Below, one piece after another: positions 28,813-44,327 of a stretch of 64,000 nt of DNA. Location of the stretch: the NCBI RefSeq assembly GCF_009914755.1, contig NC_060940.1, one strand, 5' to 3'. The stretch is from the human T2T-CHM13v2.0 reference genome, Homo sapiens. A model generated the notes under the pieces. That model searched no databases and was not told the DNA's origin. It was given only the letters and a program-made list of their open reading frames with translations. The stretch's first letter is position 1. The number at the start of each line of letters is the position of its first letter. Both the position numbers and the translations under genes were made by a program.

Positions 28813-31800
28813 TCATTTCCATTCAATGATTCCATTCGAGTCCATTTGATCATTCCGGTAGGGTCCATTCGATGTTGATTCCATTGGAGTGCATTCGATG
28901 ATTCCATTCGAGTCCATTTTAGGATTTGATTCGAGTCCTTTCGATGATTCCATTCGATTCCACTCGATGATGATTTCATTCGAGTCCATTCGACACTTCC
29001 AATCGATTCCATTTGATGATTCCATTCGAGTCCAATTGATGATTCCATTCAATTCCATTCGATGATGATTCCGTACGATTCCATTCTGTGATGATTCCAT
29101 GTGATTGCATTCAATGATGATTCCTTTCGATTGCATTCGATTATGATTCATTTCGTGTTCATTCTATGGTTCCACAGGTTTCCATTCGTGTCCATTCCAT
29201 TATTCCATTCTATTCCATTTGATGATGATTCCATTCGATTCCATTCATTGGTGATTCCACTCAATTCCATTCAATGATTCCATTCCATTTCTTTCAACAA
29301 TGATTCCATTAGTTTCTAATCGATGATCCACTTGATTCCATTTGACGACGATTCCATTCTTGTCCATTTGATGATTCCATTTGATTCCATATGATGATGA
29401 TTCCATTCGATTCCATACCATGATGATTCCATTCGAGTCCATTCAATGGTGATTCCATTCAATTCCATTCGATGATTCCTTTCGATTCCATTCAATGATG
29501 ATGGCATTCGATTCCTTTTAATCATTCCCTTTGATTCCATTCAAAGGTGATTTCATTCAAGTCCATTCGATAATTGCATTCGATTCCATTCTATGATGAT
29601 TCCATTCGAGTCCATTTGATGATTCCATTCAATTCAAGTCAATGATGATTCCATTCAATTCCATTCGATGATTCCATTGGATTCCATTCGATGATGATTC
29701 CATTCAAATCCATTCGATAATTCAATTCAAGTCCATTCGATGATGATTCCAATCGAATCCATTCAAAGATTCCATTCTGTTCCATTCGATGATTCCCTTA
29801 GATTCCATTCGATGATTCCACTTGATTGCATTTACGATGATTCCATTCGATTCCATGTGATGATTCCATTCAATTCTATTCAATGATGTCTCCATTTGAT
29901 TCCATTCGACCATGATTGCCTTTGATTCCATTCAATGATTCCATTCGGTTCCGTTTGATGATGATTCCGTTCGATTCCATTTGATGATTCCATTTGATTC
30001 CATTGGATGAGTCCATTCGATTACATTCGATGATTATTCCATTCGAGTGCATTAGATGATTCCATTCGAGTCCATTCGATGATTCCATTCGATTCCATTC
30101 GATGTTGATTCTGTTCAAATCCATTCGATGATTCCACTCGATTCCATTCGTTGACTCCATTTGATCCCATTCGATGATTTCCTTTGATTCCCTTTGATGA
30201 TCATTCCATTTGATTCAATTCGGTGATTTCATTTGATTCCATTCAGTGATGTTTCCATTCGACTCCATTCGATGATGATTCCATTCGACTCCATTCGATT
30301 ATGATTTCATTCAATTCCATTCGATAATGATTCCCTTCGAGTCCATTCGGTGATTCCATTCGATTCCATTCAACTATGATTTGATTCGTGTCCATTCGAT
30401 GATTCCATTTGATTCCACTTGATGATGATTCCATTCGAGTCCATTTGATGATTCCATTCAATTCCATACTCCGATGATTTCTTTTGAGCCCACTCAATGC
30501 TTCCACTCGATTCCATATGATGATGACTCCATTCGATGAAATTCGATGATGATTCCATTCGCTTGCTTTCGATGATGATTCCACTTGAGTCCGTTAGAAG
30601 ATTCTATTCAATTACATTCCATGACGATTCCGTTCGAGTCCATTTGATGATTCCATTAGACTCCATTCGACGATGATTCCATTCGATGTTATTCGATGAT
30701 TCCATTCGATCTCATTCGATGATGATTCCATTCAACTCCATTCGATGTTTCCATTCGAGTTCATTCTATTATTCCATTAGATTCCATTCGATGATGATTC
30801 CATTCGATTCCATTTGATGATTGCATTCTATTTCATTTGATGATGATTCCATTCGAGTCCACTCGATGATTCCATTCGAGTCCATTTAATGAATCCATTG
30901 GTTTCAATTCTATGATGATTACATTGGATTCCATTCGTTGATGATTTCATTCGGTTCCATTCAATGATGATTCCATTCAATTCCTTTCAATGTTTCCATT
31001 CAATTCCATACGATGATGATTCCATTTGATTTGATTCGACAGTGAGCCATTCGATTCAATTCCATGATGATTCTATTTGATTCAATTGGTTGACATTTCC
31101 ATTCGATTCCATTCGATGATGATTCCCTTTGATTCCGTTCAAAGATGATTCCATTCTAGCCCATTCAATCATTCCATTCGATTCTATTCAATGATGATTC
31201 CATTCATGTCGATTTGGTGATTCCATTTGACTTCATTTGATGATGATTCCTTTCAAGTTCATTAGATGATTCCATTCGATTCCATTTGATGATGATCCCA
31301 TTCGAGTCCATTCAGTGATTCCATTCGTTTCCATTCCATGATGATTCCATTCCTTTCCATTCAATGATTCCATTCGATTCCGTTTGATGATGATTTCATT
31401 CGAGTCCATTTGATGATTCCATTTGATTCCATTCGATGATGATTCCATTCGAGTCCATTCGATGATTCTATTCGAATCCATTTGATGATTTCTTTTGATT
31501 ATATTTGGTGATGATTCCATTGGAGTCCATTCAATGATTCCATTCTATTCCAATCGATGATGATTCCATTAGAGTCCATTTAATGATTCCATTTGATTCC
31601 AGTCTCTGATGATTACATTCGAGTCCATACGATGATTCCACTCAATTCCATATGATGATGATTCCATTTGATTCCATTCGGTGATTCCATTCTATTCTAT
31701 TCAATGGTGATTCCATTCGAGTACATTAGATGATTCCATTCGATTCCATTCAATGATGATTCTATTTGTGTCCCTTAGATGATTCCACATGATTCCATTA

Positions 31801-34800
31801 CATGATGATACTATTTGAGCCCATCCAATGATTCCCTTCGATTCCATTCGATGAGGATTCCATTCGATTCAATTCATTGGTGATTCTATTCAATTCAATT
31901 CTTTGATTCCATTCCATTCCATTCGACAATGATTCCATTCGATTTCTTTCGATGATTCCACTCGATTCCACTTGACATTGATTCCATTCGATTCCATTCA
32001 ATGATTCCATTTGATTCCAGTGGATGATGATTGCCATCGATTCCATTCGATCACTCCATTCTATTCCATTTGATGATGATTACATTCGATTCCATTTGAT
32101 GATTCCATCTGATTCTATTCGAGGATTCCATTTGATTCCATTCGATGATGATTCCATTCGAGTCCATTCGATGATTTCATTCGAGTACATCCAATGATTC
32201 CATTCGAGTCCATTAGATGATTCCATTTGATTCCATTTGAAAATGATTCTACTAGAGTCCATTCAATGACTCCATTCGAGTCCATTCAACAATTCCATTC
32301 GACTCCATTCGATGATTCCATTCGATTCCATTTGATGGTTCCATTCGAGTCCATTTAATCATTACAGTCGAGTCCATTTGTTGATTCCACTGGATTTCTT
32401 TTGATAATGATACCATTCAATTACATTTGATGATGATCCCATTCAATTTCATTTGATGATGATTCCATTAGAGTCCATTCGATGATTTCATTCGAGTCCC
32501 TTCATTGATTCCATCCGATTTCATTGGATGATGACTCCATTCGAGTCCATTCGATGATTCCACTCGATTCCATTAGATGACTCCATTGGAGTCCATTTGA
32601 TTGTTCCATTCGATTCCATTCGATTCCTTTCGAAGATTATTCCATTTGAGTCCATTCGATGATGATTCCATTCCATTCCATTCGATGATTCCGTTTGATT
32701 CCATTCGATGATTCCCTTCGATTCCTTTCTTTGATGATTCCATTCCATTCCATTCAATGATTCCATTCGAATCTATTCCATGATGATTCCTTTCGATTCC
32801 ATTCGCTGATGTTTCCGTTCAATTCCATTCGATGATGATTCCATTCGATTCCATTCATTGAGGATTCCATTTGATTCCATTCAATGATGATTCCATTCTA
32901 TTCCATTCAATGATTGCATTCAATTCCATTCAATGATTATCCCATTAGAGTAAACTCAACGATTCCATTCAATACCATTCAATGATGATTCCTTTTGAGT
33001 CCATTCAATGATTTCATTCAAGTCCATTTGATGATTCCTTTCAATTCCATTCTATGATGATTCCATTCGAGTCCATTCGATGATTCCATTAGAGTACATT
33101 TAATGATTGCTTTGTTTTCAATTCGAAGATGATTGCATTGGATTCCATTCTATGATACCATTCGATTCCATTCAATGATGATTCCACTCAAATCCATTGG
33201 ATGATTCCATTCGTGTCCATTCGGTGATTTCATTAGATTCCATTCGAGGATGATTCCATTCGATTCCATTCGATGATTCCATTCAATTCCATTCGATGAT
33301 GATTCCATTCCAGTCCATATGATCATTCCATTTGATTTCATTCGATGATGATTCCATTCGATTCCATTCGACGATTCCATTCTATTCCATTCGATGATGA
33401 TTCCATTCGAGTCCATTCGATCAATCCATTCGAGTCCATTTAATGATTCCATTGGGTTCAATTCAATGATGATTACATTGGATTCCGTTCTATGATTCCA
33501 TTCAATTCCGTTCATTGACAATTTGATTCCATTCGATGATGATTCCATTTGAGTTCATTCGATGATTCTATTCGATTCTCTTCGATGGTGATTCAATTCT
33601 ATTATATTGGATGATTCCATTCGATTCCATTTGATGTTGATTCAATTCGATTCTATTCGATGATGATTCCATTGGATTTCACTTGATGATTCTATTCGAT
33701 TCCATTCAATGATGATTCACTTCTCGTCCATTGGATGATTCCATTTCATTCCATTCGATGATGATTCCATTCGATTCCATTCGATGATTCCATTTGATTC
33801 CATGCGACGGTGAGCAATTCGATTCAATTCCATGATGATTCTATTTGATTCAATTAGATGATGTTTCCATTCGAATCCATTCCATGATTATTCCATTGGA
33901 ATCCATTCGGCGATGATTCCATATGAGTCAATTCAATGATGATTCCATATGGGTCCGTTCGATGATAATTCCATTTGATTTCATTCGATGCTTCTATTCT
34001 ATTCCAGTCGATGATGATTCCGTTGGAGTCCATACGATGATTCCATTTGATTTCATTTGATGATGATTCCATTCGATGATGATTACATTGGATTCCATTC
34101 TATGATTCCATTCAATTCCATTCGTTGATGATTCGATTCCATTCAATGATGATTCCATTTGAGTTCATTCGATGATTCTATTCGATTCCGTTCGATGGTG
34201 ATTCAATTCTATTATATTGGATGATTCCACTCGATTCCATTTGATGATTATTCCATTGGAGTCCACTTAGTGAATCCTTTAGATTCTACTCGAAGATGAT
34301 TCCATTCGAGTCCATTCGATGATACCATTCAATTCCATTCGTTGATGCTTCCATTCAAGTGCATTCGATGATATCATTCGATTCCATTTGATGATAATTC
34401 CATTTGATTCCATGCGATGATTCTATTCGATTCCATTCAATGATAATTCCATTCAATTCAGTGATTCCTCTGGACTCCATTTGATGATGATTCCATTCAA
34501 TGATTCCATTCGATTCTATTCGAAAATGATTCCATTTGAATCCATTTGATGATGATTCCATTAGATTCCATTTGATGATTCCATTCGATTCCATTCGATG
34601 ATGATTCCATTCGATTCCGTTTGATGATTCCATTCTATTCTATTCGATGATGATTCCATTCGATTCCATTCGATGATGATTGGATTCAATTCCATTGGAT
34701 GATTTCATTTGATTCCATTCGTTAATGATTTCGATCAATTCCATTCGATGATTCCATTCGATTCCATTCGATAATGATTACATCCGAGTCCATTCGATGA

Positions 34801-34852
34801 TTCCCTTTGAGCCTGTTCGATAATTCCATTTGAGTCCAACCAATGATTCCAT
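28813..34852 (+). repeat. Higher-order unit with 72-bp deletion (6040 bp)
   Basis: Offset falls from 6112 (26409/32521) to 6040 (27110/33150). The ATTGCATTCG...TATATTCC...CAACGGTG segment is missing at 33080-33090. Confidence 0.92.
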
Positions 34853-37800
34853 TCATTTCCATTCAATGATTCCATTCGAGTCCATTTGATCATTCCGGTA
34901 GGGTCCATTCGATGTTGATTCCATTGGAGTGCATTCGATGATTCCATTCGAGTCCATTTTAGGATTTGATTCGAGTCCTTTCGATGATTCCATTCGATTC
35001 CACTCGATGATGATTTCATTCGAGTCCATTCGACACTTCCAATCGATTCCATTTGATGATTCCATTCGAGTCCAATTGATGATTCCATTCAATTCCATTC
35101 GATGATGATTCCGTACGATTCCATTCTGTGATGATTCCATGTGATTGCATTCAATGATGATTCCTTTCGATTGCATTCGATTATGATTCATTTCGTGTTC
35201 ATTCTATGGTTCCACAGGTTTCCATTCGTGTCCATTCCATTATTCCATTCTATTCCATTTGATGATGATTCCGTTCGATTCCATTCATTGGTGATTCCAC
35301 TCAATTCCATTCAATGATTCCATTCCATTTCTTTCAACAATGATTCCATTAGTTTCTAATCGATGATCCACTTGATTCCATTTGACGACGATTCCATTCT
35401 TGTCCATTCGATGATTCCATTTGATTCCATATGATGATGATTCCATTCGATTCCATACCATGATGATTCCATTCGAGTCCATTCAATGGTGATTCCATTC
35501 AATTCCATTCGATGTTTCCTTTTGATTCCATTCGATGATGATGGCATTCGATTCCTTTCAATCATTCCCTTTGATTCCATTCAAAGGTGATTTCATTCAA
35601 GTCCATTCGATAATTGCATTCGATTCCATTCTATGATGATTCCATTCGAGTCCATTTGATGATTCCATTCAATTCAAGTCAATGATGATTCCATTCGATT
35701 CCATTCGATGATTCCATTGGATTCCATTCGATGATGATTCCATTCAAATCCATTCGATAATTCAATTCAAGTCCATTCGATGATGATTCCAATCGAATCC
35801 ATTCAAAGATTCCATTCAGTTCCATTCGATGATTCCCTTAGATTCCATTCGATGATTCCACTTGATTGCATTTACGATGATTCCATTCGATTCCATGTGA
35901 TGATTCCATTCAATTCTATTCAATGATGTCTCCATTTGATTCCATTCGACCATGATTGCCTTTGATTCCATTCAATGATTCCATTCGGTTCCGTTTGATG
36001 ATGATTCCGTTCGATTCCATTTGATGATTCCATTTGATTCCATTGGATGAGTCCATTCGATTACATTCGATGATTATTCCATTCGAGTGCATTAGATGAT
36101 TCCATTCGAGTCCATTCGATGATTCCATTCGATTCCATTCGATGTTGATTCTGTTCAAATCCATTCGATGATTCCACTCGATTCCATTCGTTGACTCCAT
36201 TTGATCCCATTCGATGATTTCCTTTGATTCCCTTTGATGATCATTCCATTTGATTCAATTCGGTGATTTCATTTGATTCCATTCAGTGATGTTTCCATTC
36301 GACTCCATTCGATGATGATTCCATTCGACTCCATTCGATTATGATTTCATTCAATTCCATTCGATAATGATTCCCTTCGAGTCCATTCGATGATTCCATT
36401 CGATTCCATTCAACAATGATTTGATTCGTGTCCATTCGATGATTCCATTTGATTCCACATGATGATGATTCCATTCGAGTCCATTTGATGATTCCATTCA
36501 ATTCCATACTCCGATGATTTCTTTTGAGCCCACTCAATGCTTCCACTCGATTCCATATGATGATGACTCCATTCGATGAAATTCGATGATGATTCCATTC
36601 GCTTGCTTTCGATGATGATTCCACTTGAGTCCGTTAGAAGATTCTATTCAATTACATTCCATGACGATTCCGTTCGAGTCCATTTGATGATTCCATTAGA
36701 CTCCATTCGACGATGATTCCATTCGATGTTATTCCATGATTCCATTCGATCTCATTCGATGATGATTCCATTCAACTCCATTCGATGTTTCCATTCGAGT
36801 TCATTCTATTATTCCATTAGATTCCATTCGATGATGATTCCATTCGATTCCATTTGATGATTGCATTCTATTTCATTTGATGATGATTCCATTCGAGTCC
36901 ACTCGATGATTCCATTCGAGTCCATTTAATGAATCCATTGGTTTCAATTCTATGATGATTACATTGGATTCCATTCGTTGATGATTTCATTCGGTTCCAT
37001 TCAATGATGATTCCATTCAATTCCTTTCAATGTTTCCATTCAATTCCATACGATGATGATTCCATTTGATTTGATTCGACAGTGAGCCATTCGATTCAAT
37101 TCCATGATGATTCTATTTGATTCAATTGGTTGACATTTCCATTCGATTCCATTCGATGATGATTCCCTTTGATTCCGTTCAAAGATGATTCCATTCTAGC
37201 CCATTCAATCATTCCATTCGATTCTATTCAATGATGATTCCATTCATGTCGATTTGGTGATTCCATTTGACTTCATTTGATGATGATTCCTTTCAAGTTC
37301 ATTAGATGATTCCATTCGATTCCATTTGATGATGATCCCATTCGAGTCCATTCAGTGATTCCATTCGTTTCCATTCCATGATGATTCCATTCCTTTCCAT
37401 TCAATGATTCCATTCGATTCCGTTTGATGATGATTTCATTCGAGTCCATTTGATGATTCCATTTGATTCCATTCGATGATGATTCCATTCGAGTCCATTC
37501 GATGATTCTATTCGAATCCATTTGATGATTTCTTTTGATTATATTTGGTGATGATTCCATTGGAGTCCATTCAATGATTCCATTCGATTCCAATCGATGA
37601 TGATTCCATTAGAGTCCATTTAATGATTCCATTTGATTCCAGTCTCTGATGATTACATTCGAGTCCATACGATGATTCCACTCAATTCCATATGATGATG
37701 ATTCCATTTGATTCCATTCGGTGATTCCATTCTATTCTATTCAATGGTGATTCCATTCGAGTACATTAGATGATTCCATTCGATTCCATTCAATGATGAT

Positions 37801-40800
37801 TCTATTTGTGTCCCTTAGATGATTCCACATGATTCCATTAGATGATGATACTATTTGAGCCCATCCAATGATTCCCTTCGATTCCATTCGATGAGGATTC
37901 CATTCGATTCAATTCATTGGTGATTCTATTCAATTCAATTCTTTGATTCCATTCCATTCCATTCGACAATGATTCCATTCGATTTCTTTCGATGATTCCA
38001 CTCGATTCCACTTGACATTGATTCCATTCGATTCCATTCAATGATTCCATTTGATTCCAGTGGATGATGATTGCCATCGATTCCATTCGATCACTCCATT
38101 CTATTCCATTTGATGATGATTACATTCGATTCCATTTGATGATTCCATCTGATTCTATTCGAGGATTCCATTTGATTCCATTCGATGATGATTCCATTCG
38201 AGTCCATTCGATGATTTCATTCGAGTACATCCAATGATTCCATTCGAGTCCATTAGATGATTCCATTTGATTCCATTTGAAAATGATTCTACTAGAGTCC
38301 ATTCAATGACTCCATTCGAGTCCATTCAACAATTCCATTCGACTCCATTCGATGATTCCATTCGATTCCATTTGATGGTTCCATTCGAGTCCATTTAATC
38401 ATTACAGTCGATTCCATTTGGTGATTCCACTGGATTTCTTTTGATAATGATACCATTCAATTACATTTGATGATGATCCCATTCAACTTCATTTGATGAT
38501 GATTCCATTAGAGTCCATTCGATGATTTCATTCGAGTCCCTTCATTGATTCCATCCGATTTCATTGGATGATGACTCCATTCGAGTCCATTCGATGATTC
38601 CACTCGATTCCATTAGATGACTCCATTGGAGTCCATTTGATTGTTCCATTCGATTCCATTCGATTCCTTTCGAAGATTATTCCATTTGAGTCCATTCGAT
38701 GATGATTCCATTCCATTCCATTCGATGATTCCGTTTGATTCCATTCGATGATTCCCTTCGATTCCTTTCTTTGATGATTCCATTCCATTCCATTCAATGA
38801 TTCCATTCGAATCTATTCCATGATGATTCCTTTCGATTCCATTCGCTGATGTTTCCGTTCAATTACATTCGATGATGATTCCATTCGATTCCATTCATTG
38901 AGGATTCCATTTGATTCCATTCAATGATGATTCCATTCTATTCCATTCAATGATTGCATTCAATTCCATTCAATGATTATCCCATTAGAGTAAACTCAAC
39001 GATTCCATTCAATACCATTCGATGATGATTCCTTTTGAGTCCATTCAATGATTTCATTCAAGTCCATTTGATGATTCCTTTCAATTCCATTCTATGATGA
39101 TTCCATTCGATTCCATTCGATGATTCCATTGGATTCCATTCGATGATGATTCCATTCAAATCCATTCGATAATTCAATTCAAGTCCATTCGATGATGATT
39201 AAAATCGAATCCATTCAAAGATTCCATTCAGTTCCATTCGATGATTCCCTTAGATTCTATTCGATGATTCCACTTGATTCCATTTACGATGATTCCATTC
39301 GATTCCATGTGATGATTCCATTCAATTCTATTCAATGCTGTTTCCATTTGATTCCATTCGACCATGATTGCCTTTGATTCCATTCAATGACTCCATTCGG
39401 TTCCCTTTGATGATGATTCCGTTCGATTCCATTTCATTATTCCATTTGATTCCATTGGATGAGTCCATTCGATTACATTCGATGATTATTCCATTCGAGT
39501 GCATTAGATGATTCCATTCGAGTCCATTCGATGATTCCATTCGATTCCATTCGATGTTGATTCTGTTCAAATCCATTCGATGATTCCACTCGATTCCATT
39601 CGATGACTACAGTTGATCCCATTCGATGATTTCCTTTGATTCCCTTTGATGATCATTCCATTTGATTCAATTCGGTGATTTCATTTGATTCCATTCAGTG
39701 ATGTTTCCATTCGACTCCATTCGATGATGATTCCATTCGACTCCATTCGATTATGATTTCATTCAATTCCATTCGATAATGATTCCCTTTGAGTCCATTC
39801 GATGATTCCATTCGATTCCATTCAACGATGATTTGATTCGTGTCCATTCGATGATTCCATTTGATTCCACTTGATGATGATTCCATTCGAGTCCATTTGA
39901 TGATTCCATTCAATTCCATTCTCCGATGATTTCTTTTGAGCCCACTCAATGCTTCCACTCGATTCCATATGATGATGACTCCATTCGATGAAATTCGATG
40001 ATGATTCCATTCGCTTGCATTCGATGATGATTCCACTTGAGTCCATTAGAAGATTCTATTCAATTACATTCCATGACGATTCCGTTCGAGTCCATTTGAT
40101 GATTCCATTAGACTCCATTCGACGATGATTCCATTCGATGTTATTCGATGATTCCATTCGATCTCATTCGATGATGATTCCATTCAACTCCATTCGATGT
40201 TTCCATTCGAGTTCATTCTATTATTCCATTAGATTCCATTCGATGATGATTCCATTCGATTCCATTTGATGATTGCATTCTATTTCATTTGATGATGATT
40301 CCATTCGAGTCCACTCGATGATTCCATTCGAGTCCATTTAATGAATCCATTGGTTTCAATTCTATGATGATTACATTGGATTCCATTCGTTGATGATTTC
40401 ATTCGGTTCCATTCAATGATGATTCCATTCAATTCCTTTCAATGTTTCCATTCAATTCCATACGATGATGATTCCATTTGATTTGATTCGACAGGGAGCC
40501 ATTCGATTCAATTCCATGATGATTCTATTTGATTCCATTGGTTGACATTTCCATTCGATTCCATTCGATGATGATTCCCTTTGATTCCATTCAAAGATGA
40601 TTCCATTCTAGCCCATTCAATCATTCCATTCGATTCTATTCAATGATGATTCCATTCATGTCGATTTGGTGATTCCATTTGACTTCATTTGATGATGATT
40701 CCTTTCAAGTTCATTAGATGATTCCATTCGATTCCATTTGATGATGATCCCATTCGAGTCCATTCAGTGATTCCACTCGTTTCCATTCCATGATGATTCC

Positions 40801-43800
40801 ATTCCATTCCATTCAATGATTCCATTCGATTCCGTTTGATGATGATTTCATTCGAGTCCATTTGATGATTCCATTTGATTCCATTCGATGATGATTCCAT
40901 TCGAGTCCATTCGATGATTCTATTCGAATCCATTTGATGATTTCTTTTGATTATAGTTGGTGATGATTCCATTGGAGTCCATTCAATGATTCCATTTGAT
41001 TCCAGTCTCTGATGATTACATTCGAGTCCATACGATGATTCCACTCAATTCCATATGATGATGATTCCATTCGATTCCATTCGGTGATTCCATTCTATTC
41101 TATTCAATGGTGATTCCATTCGAGTACATTAGATGATTCCATTCGATTCCATTCAATGATGATTCTATTTGTGTCCCTTAGATGATTCCACATGATTCCA
41201 TTAGATGATGATACTATTTGAGCCCATCCAATGATACCCTTCGATATCATTCGATGAGGATTCCATTCGATTCAATTCATTGGTGATTCTATTCAATTCA
41301 ATTCTTTGATTCCATTCCATTCCATTCGACAATGATTCCATTCGATTTCTTTCGATGATTCCACTCGATTCCACTTGACATTGATTCCCTTCGATTCCAT
41401 TCAATGATTCCATTTGATTCCAGTGGATGATGATTGCCATCGATTCCATTCGATCACTCCATTCTATTCCATTTGATGATGATTACATTCGATTCCATTT
41501 GACGATTCCATCTGATTCTATTCGAGGATTCCATTTGATTCCATTCGATGATGATTCCATTCGAGTCCATTCGATGATTTCATTCGAGTACATCCAATGA
41601 TTCCATTCGAGTCCATTTGATGATTCCATTTGATTCCATTTGATAATGATTCTACTAGAGTCCATTCAATGACTCCATTCGAGTCCATTCAACAATTCCA
41701 TTCGACTCCATTTGATGATTCCATTGGATTCCATTTGATGATTCCATTCGAGTCCATTTAATCATTACAGTCGAGTCCATTTGGTGATTCCACCGGATTT
41801 CTTTTGATAATGATACCATTCAATTACATTTGATGATGATCCCATTCAATTTCATTTGATGATGATTCCATTAGAGTCCATTCGATGATTTCATTCGAGT
41901 CCCTTCATTGATTCCATCCGATTTCATTGGATGATGACTCCATTCGAGTCCATTCGATGATTCCACTCGATTCCATTAGATGATTCCATTGGAGTCCATT
42001 TCATTGTTCCATTCGATTCCATTCGATTCCTTTCGAAGATTATTCCATTTGAGTCCATTCGATGATGATTCCATTCCATTCCATTCGATGATTCCGTTTG
42101 ATTCCATTCGATGATTCCCTTCGATTCCTTTCTTTGATGATTCCATTCCATTCCATTCAATGATTCCATTCGAATCTATTCCATGATGATTCCTTTCGAT
42201 TCCATTCGCTGATGTTTCCGTTCAATTCCATTCGATGATGATTCCATTCGATTCCATTCATTGAGGATTCCATTTGATTCCATTTAATGATGATTCCGTT
42301 CTATTCCATTCAATGATTGCATTCAATTCCATTCAATGATTATCCCCTTAGAGTAAACTCAACGATTCCATTCAATACCATTCGATGATGATTCCTTTTG
42401 AGTCCATTCAATGATTTCATTCAAGTCCATTTGATGATTCCTTTCAATTCCATTCTATGATGATTCCATTCGAGTCCATTCGATGATTCCATTCGATTGC
42501 ATTCGATTATTCCATTATATTCCAGTCAACGATGATTCCATTCGAGCCCATTCGATGATTCCATTAGAGTACATTTAATGATTGCTTTGTTTTCAATTCG
42601 AAGATGATTACATTGGATTCCATTCTATGATACCATTCGATTCCATTCAATGATGATTCCACTCAAATCCATTGGATGATTCCATTCGTGTCCATTCGGT
42701 GATTTCATTAGATTCCATTCGAGGATGATTCCATTCGATTCCATTCGATGATTCCATTCAATTCCATTCGATGATGATTCCATTCCAGTCCATATGATCA
42801 TTCCATTTGATTTCATTCGATGATGATTCCATTCGATTCCATTCGATGATTCCATTCTATTCCATTCGATGATGATTCCATTCGAGTCCATTCGATGATT
42901 CCATTCGAGTCCATTTAATGATTCCATTGGGTTCAATTCAATGATGATTACATTGGATTCCGTTCTATGATTCCATTCAATTCCGTTCATTGACAATTTG
43001 ATTCCATTCGATGATGATTCCATTTGAGTTCATTCGATGATTCTATTCGATTCTCTTCGATGGTGATTCAATTCTATTATATTGGATGATTCCATTCGAT
43101 TCCATTTGATGTTGATTCAATTCGATTCTATTCGATGATGATTCCATTGGATTTCACTTGATGATTCTATTCGATTCCATTCAATGATGATTCACTTCTC
43201 GTCCATTGGATGATTCCATTTCATTCCATTCGATGATGATTCCATTCGATTCCATTCGATGATTCCATTTGATTCCATGCGACGGTGAGCAATTCGATTC
43301 AATTCCATGATGATTCTATTTGATTCAATTAGATGATGTTTCCATTCGAATCCATTCCATGATTATTCCATTGGAATCCATTTGGCGATGATTCCATATG
43401 AGTCAATTCAATGATGATTCCATATGGGTCCGTTCGATGATAATTCCATTTGATTTCATTCGATGCTTCTATTCTATTCCAGTCGATGATGATTCCGTTG
43501 GAGTCCATACGATGATTCCATTTGATTTCATTTGATGATGATTCCATTCGATGATGATTACATTGGATTCCATTCTATGATTCCATTCAATTCCATTCGT
43601 TGATGATTCGATTCCATTCAATGATGATTCCATTTGAGTTCATTCGATGATTCTATTCGATTCCGTTCGATGGTGATTCAATTCTCTTATATTGGATGAA
43701 TCCACTCGATTCCATTTGATGATTATTCCATTGGAGTCCACTTAGTGAATCCTTTAGATTCTACTCGAAGATGATTCCATTCGAGTCCATTCAATGATAC

Positions 43801-44327
43801 CATTCAATTTCATTCGTTGATGCTTCCATTCAAGTGCATTCGATGATATCATTCGATTCCATTTGATGATAATTCCATTTGATTCCATGCGATGATTCTA
43901 TTCGATTCCATTCAATGATAATTCCATTCAATTCAGTGATTCCTCTGGACTCCATTTGATGATGATTCCATTCAATGATTCCATTCGATTCTATTCCAAA
44001 ATGATTCCATTTGAATCCATTTGATGATGATTCCATTAGATTCCATTTGATGATTCCATTCGATTCCATTTGACGATGATTCCATTCGATTCTATTTGAT
44101 GATTCCATTCTATTCTATTCGATGATGATTCCATTCGATTCCATTTGATGATGATTGGATTCGATTCCATTTGATGATTTCATTTGATTCCATTCGTTAA
44201 TGATTTCGATCAACTCCATTCGATGATTCCATTTGATTCCATTCGATAATGATTACATCCGAGTCCATTCGATGATTCCATTTGAGCCCGTTCGATAATT
44301 CCATTTGAGTCCAATCAATGATTCCAT
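34853..44327 (+). repeat. Two fused units lacking 2700 bp and 49 bp (9475 bp = 2x6112 - 2700 - 49)
   Basis: Landmark 35916 recurs at 39328 (+3412 rather than +6112), with the junction at 39094-39110. The offset then drops to 3363 (37838/41201). Confidence 0.9.

Noticed and set aside
39192-39377. Plus-strand ORF MMIKIESIQR (also at 55287 and 61405)
   Set aside because: It opens only because a substitution in this haplotype (ATGCTG for ATGATG) removes a TGA; it is useful as a haplotype marker, not as a gene.
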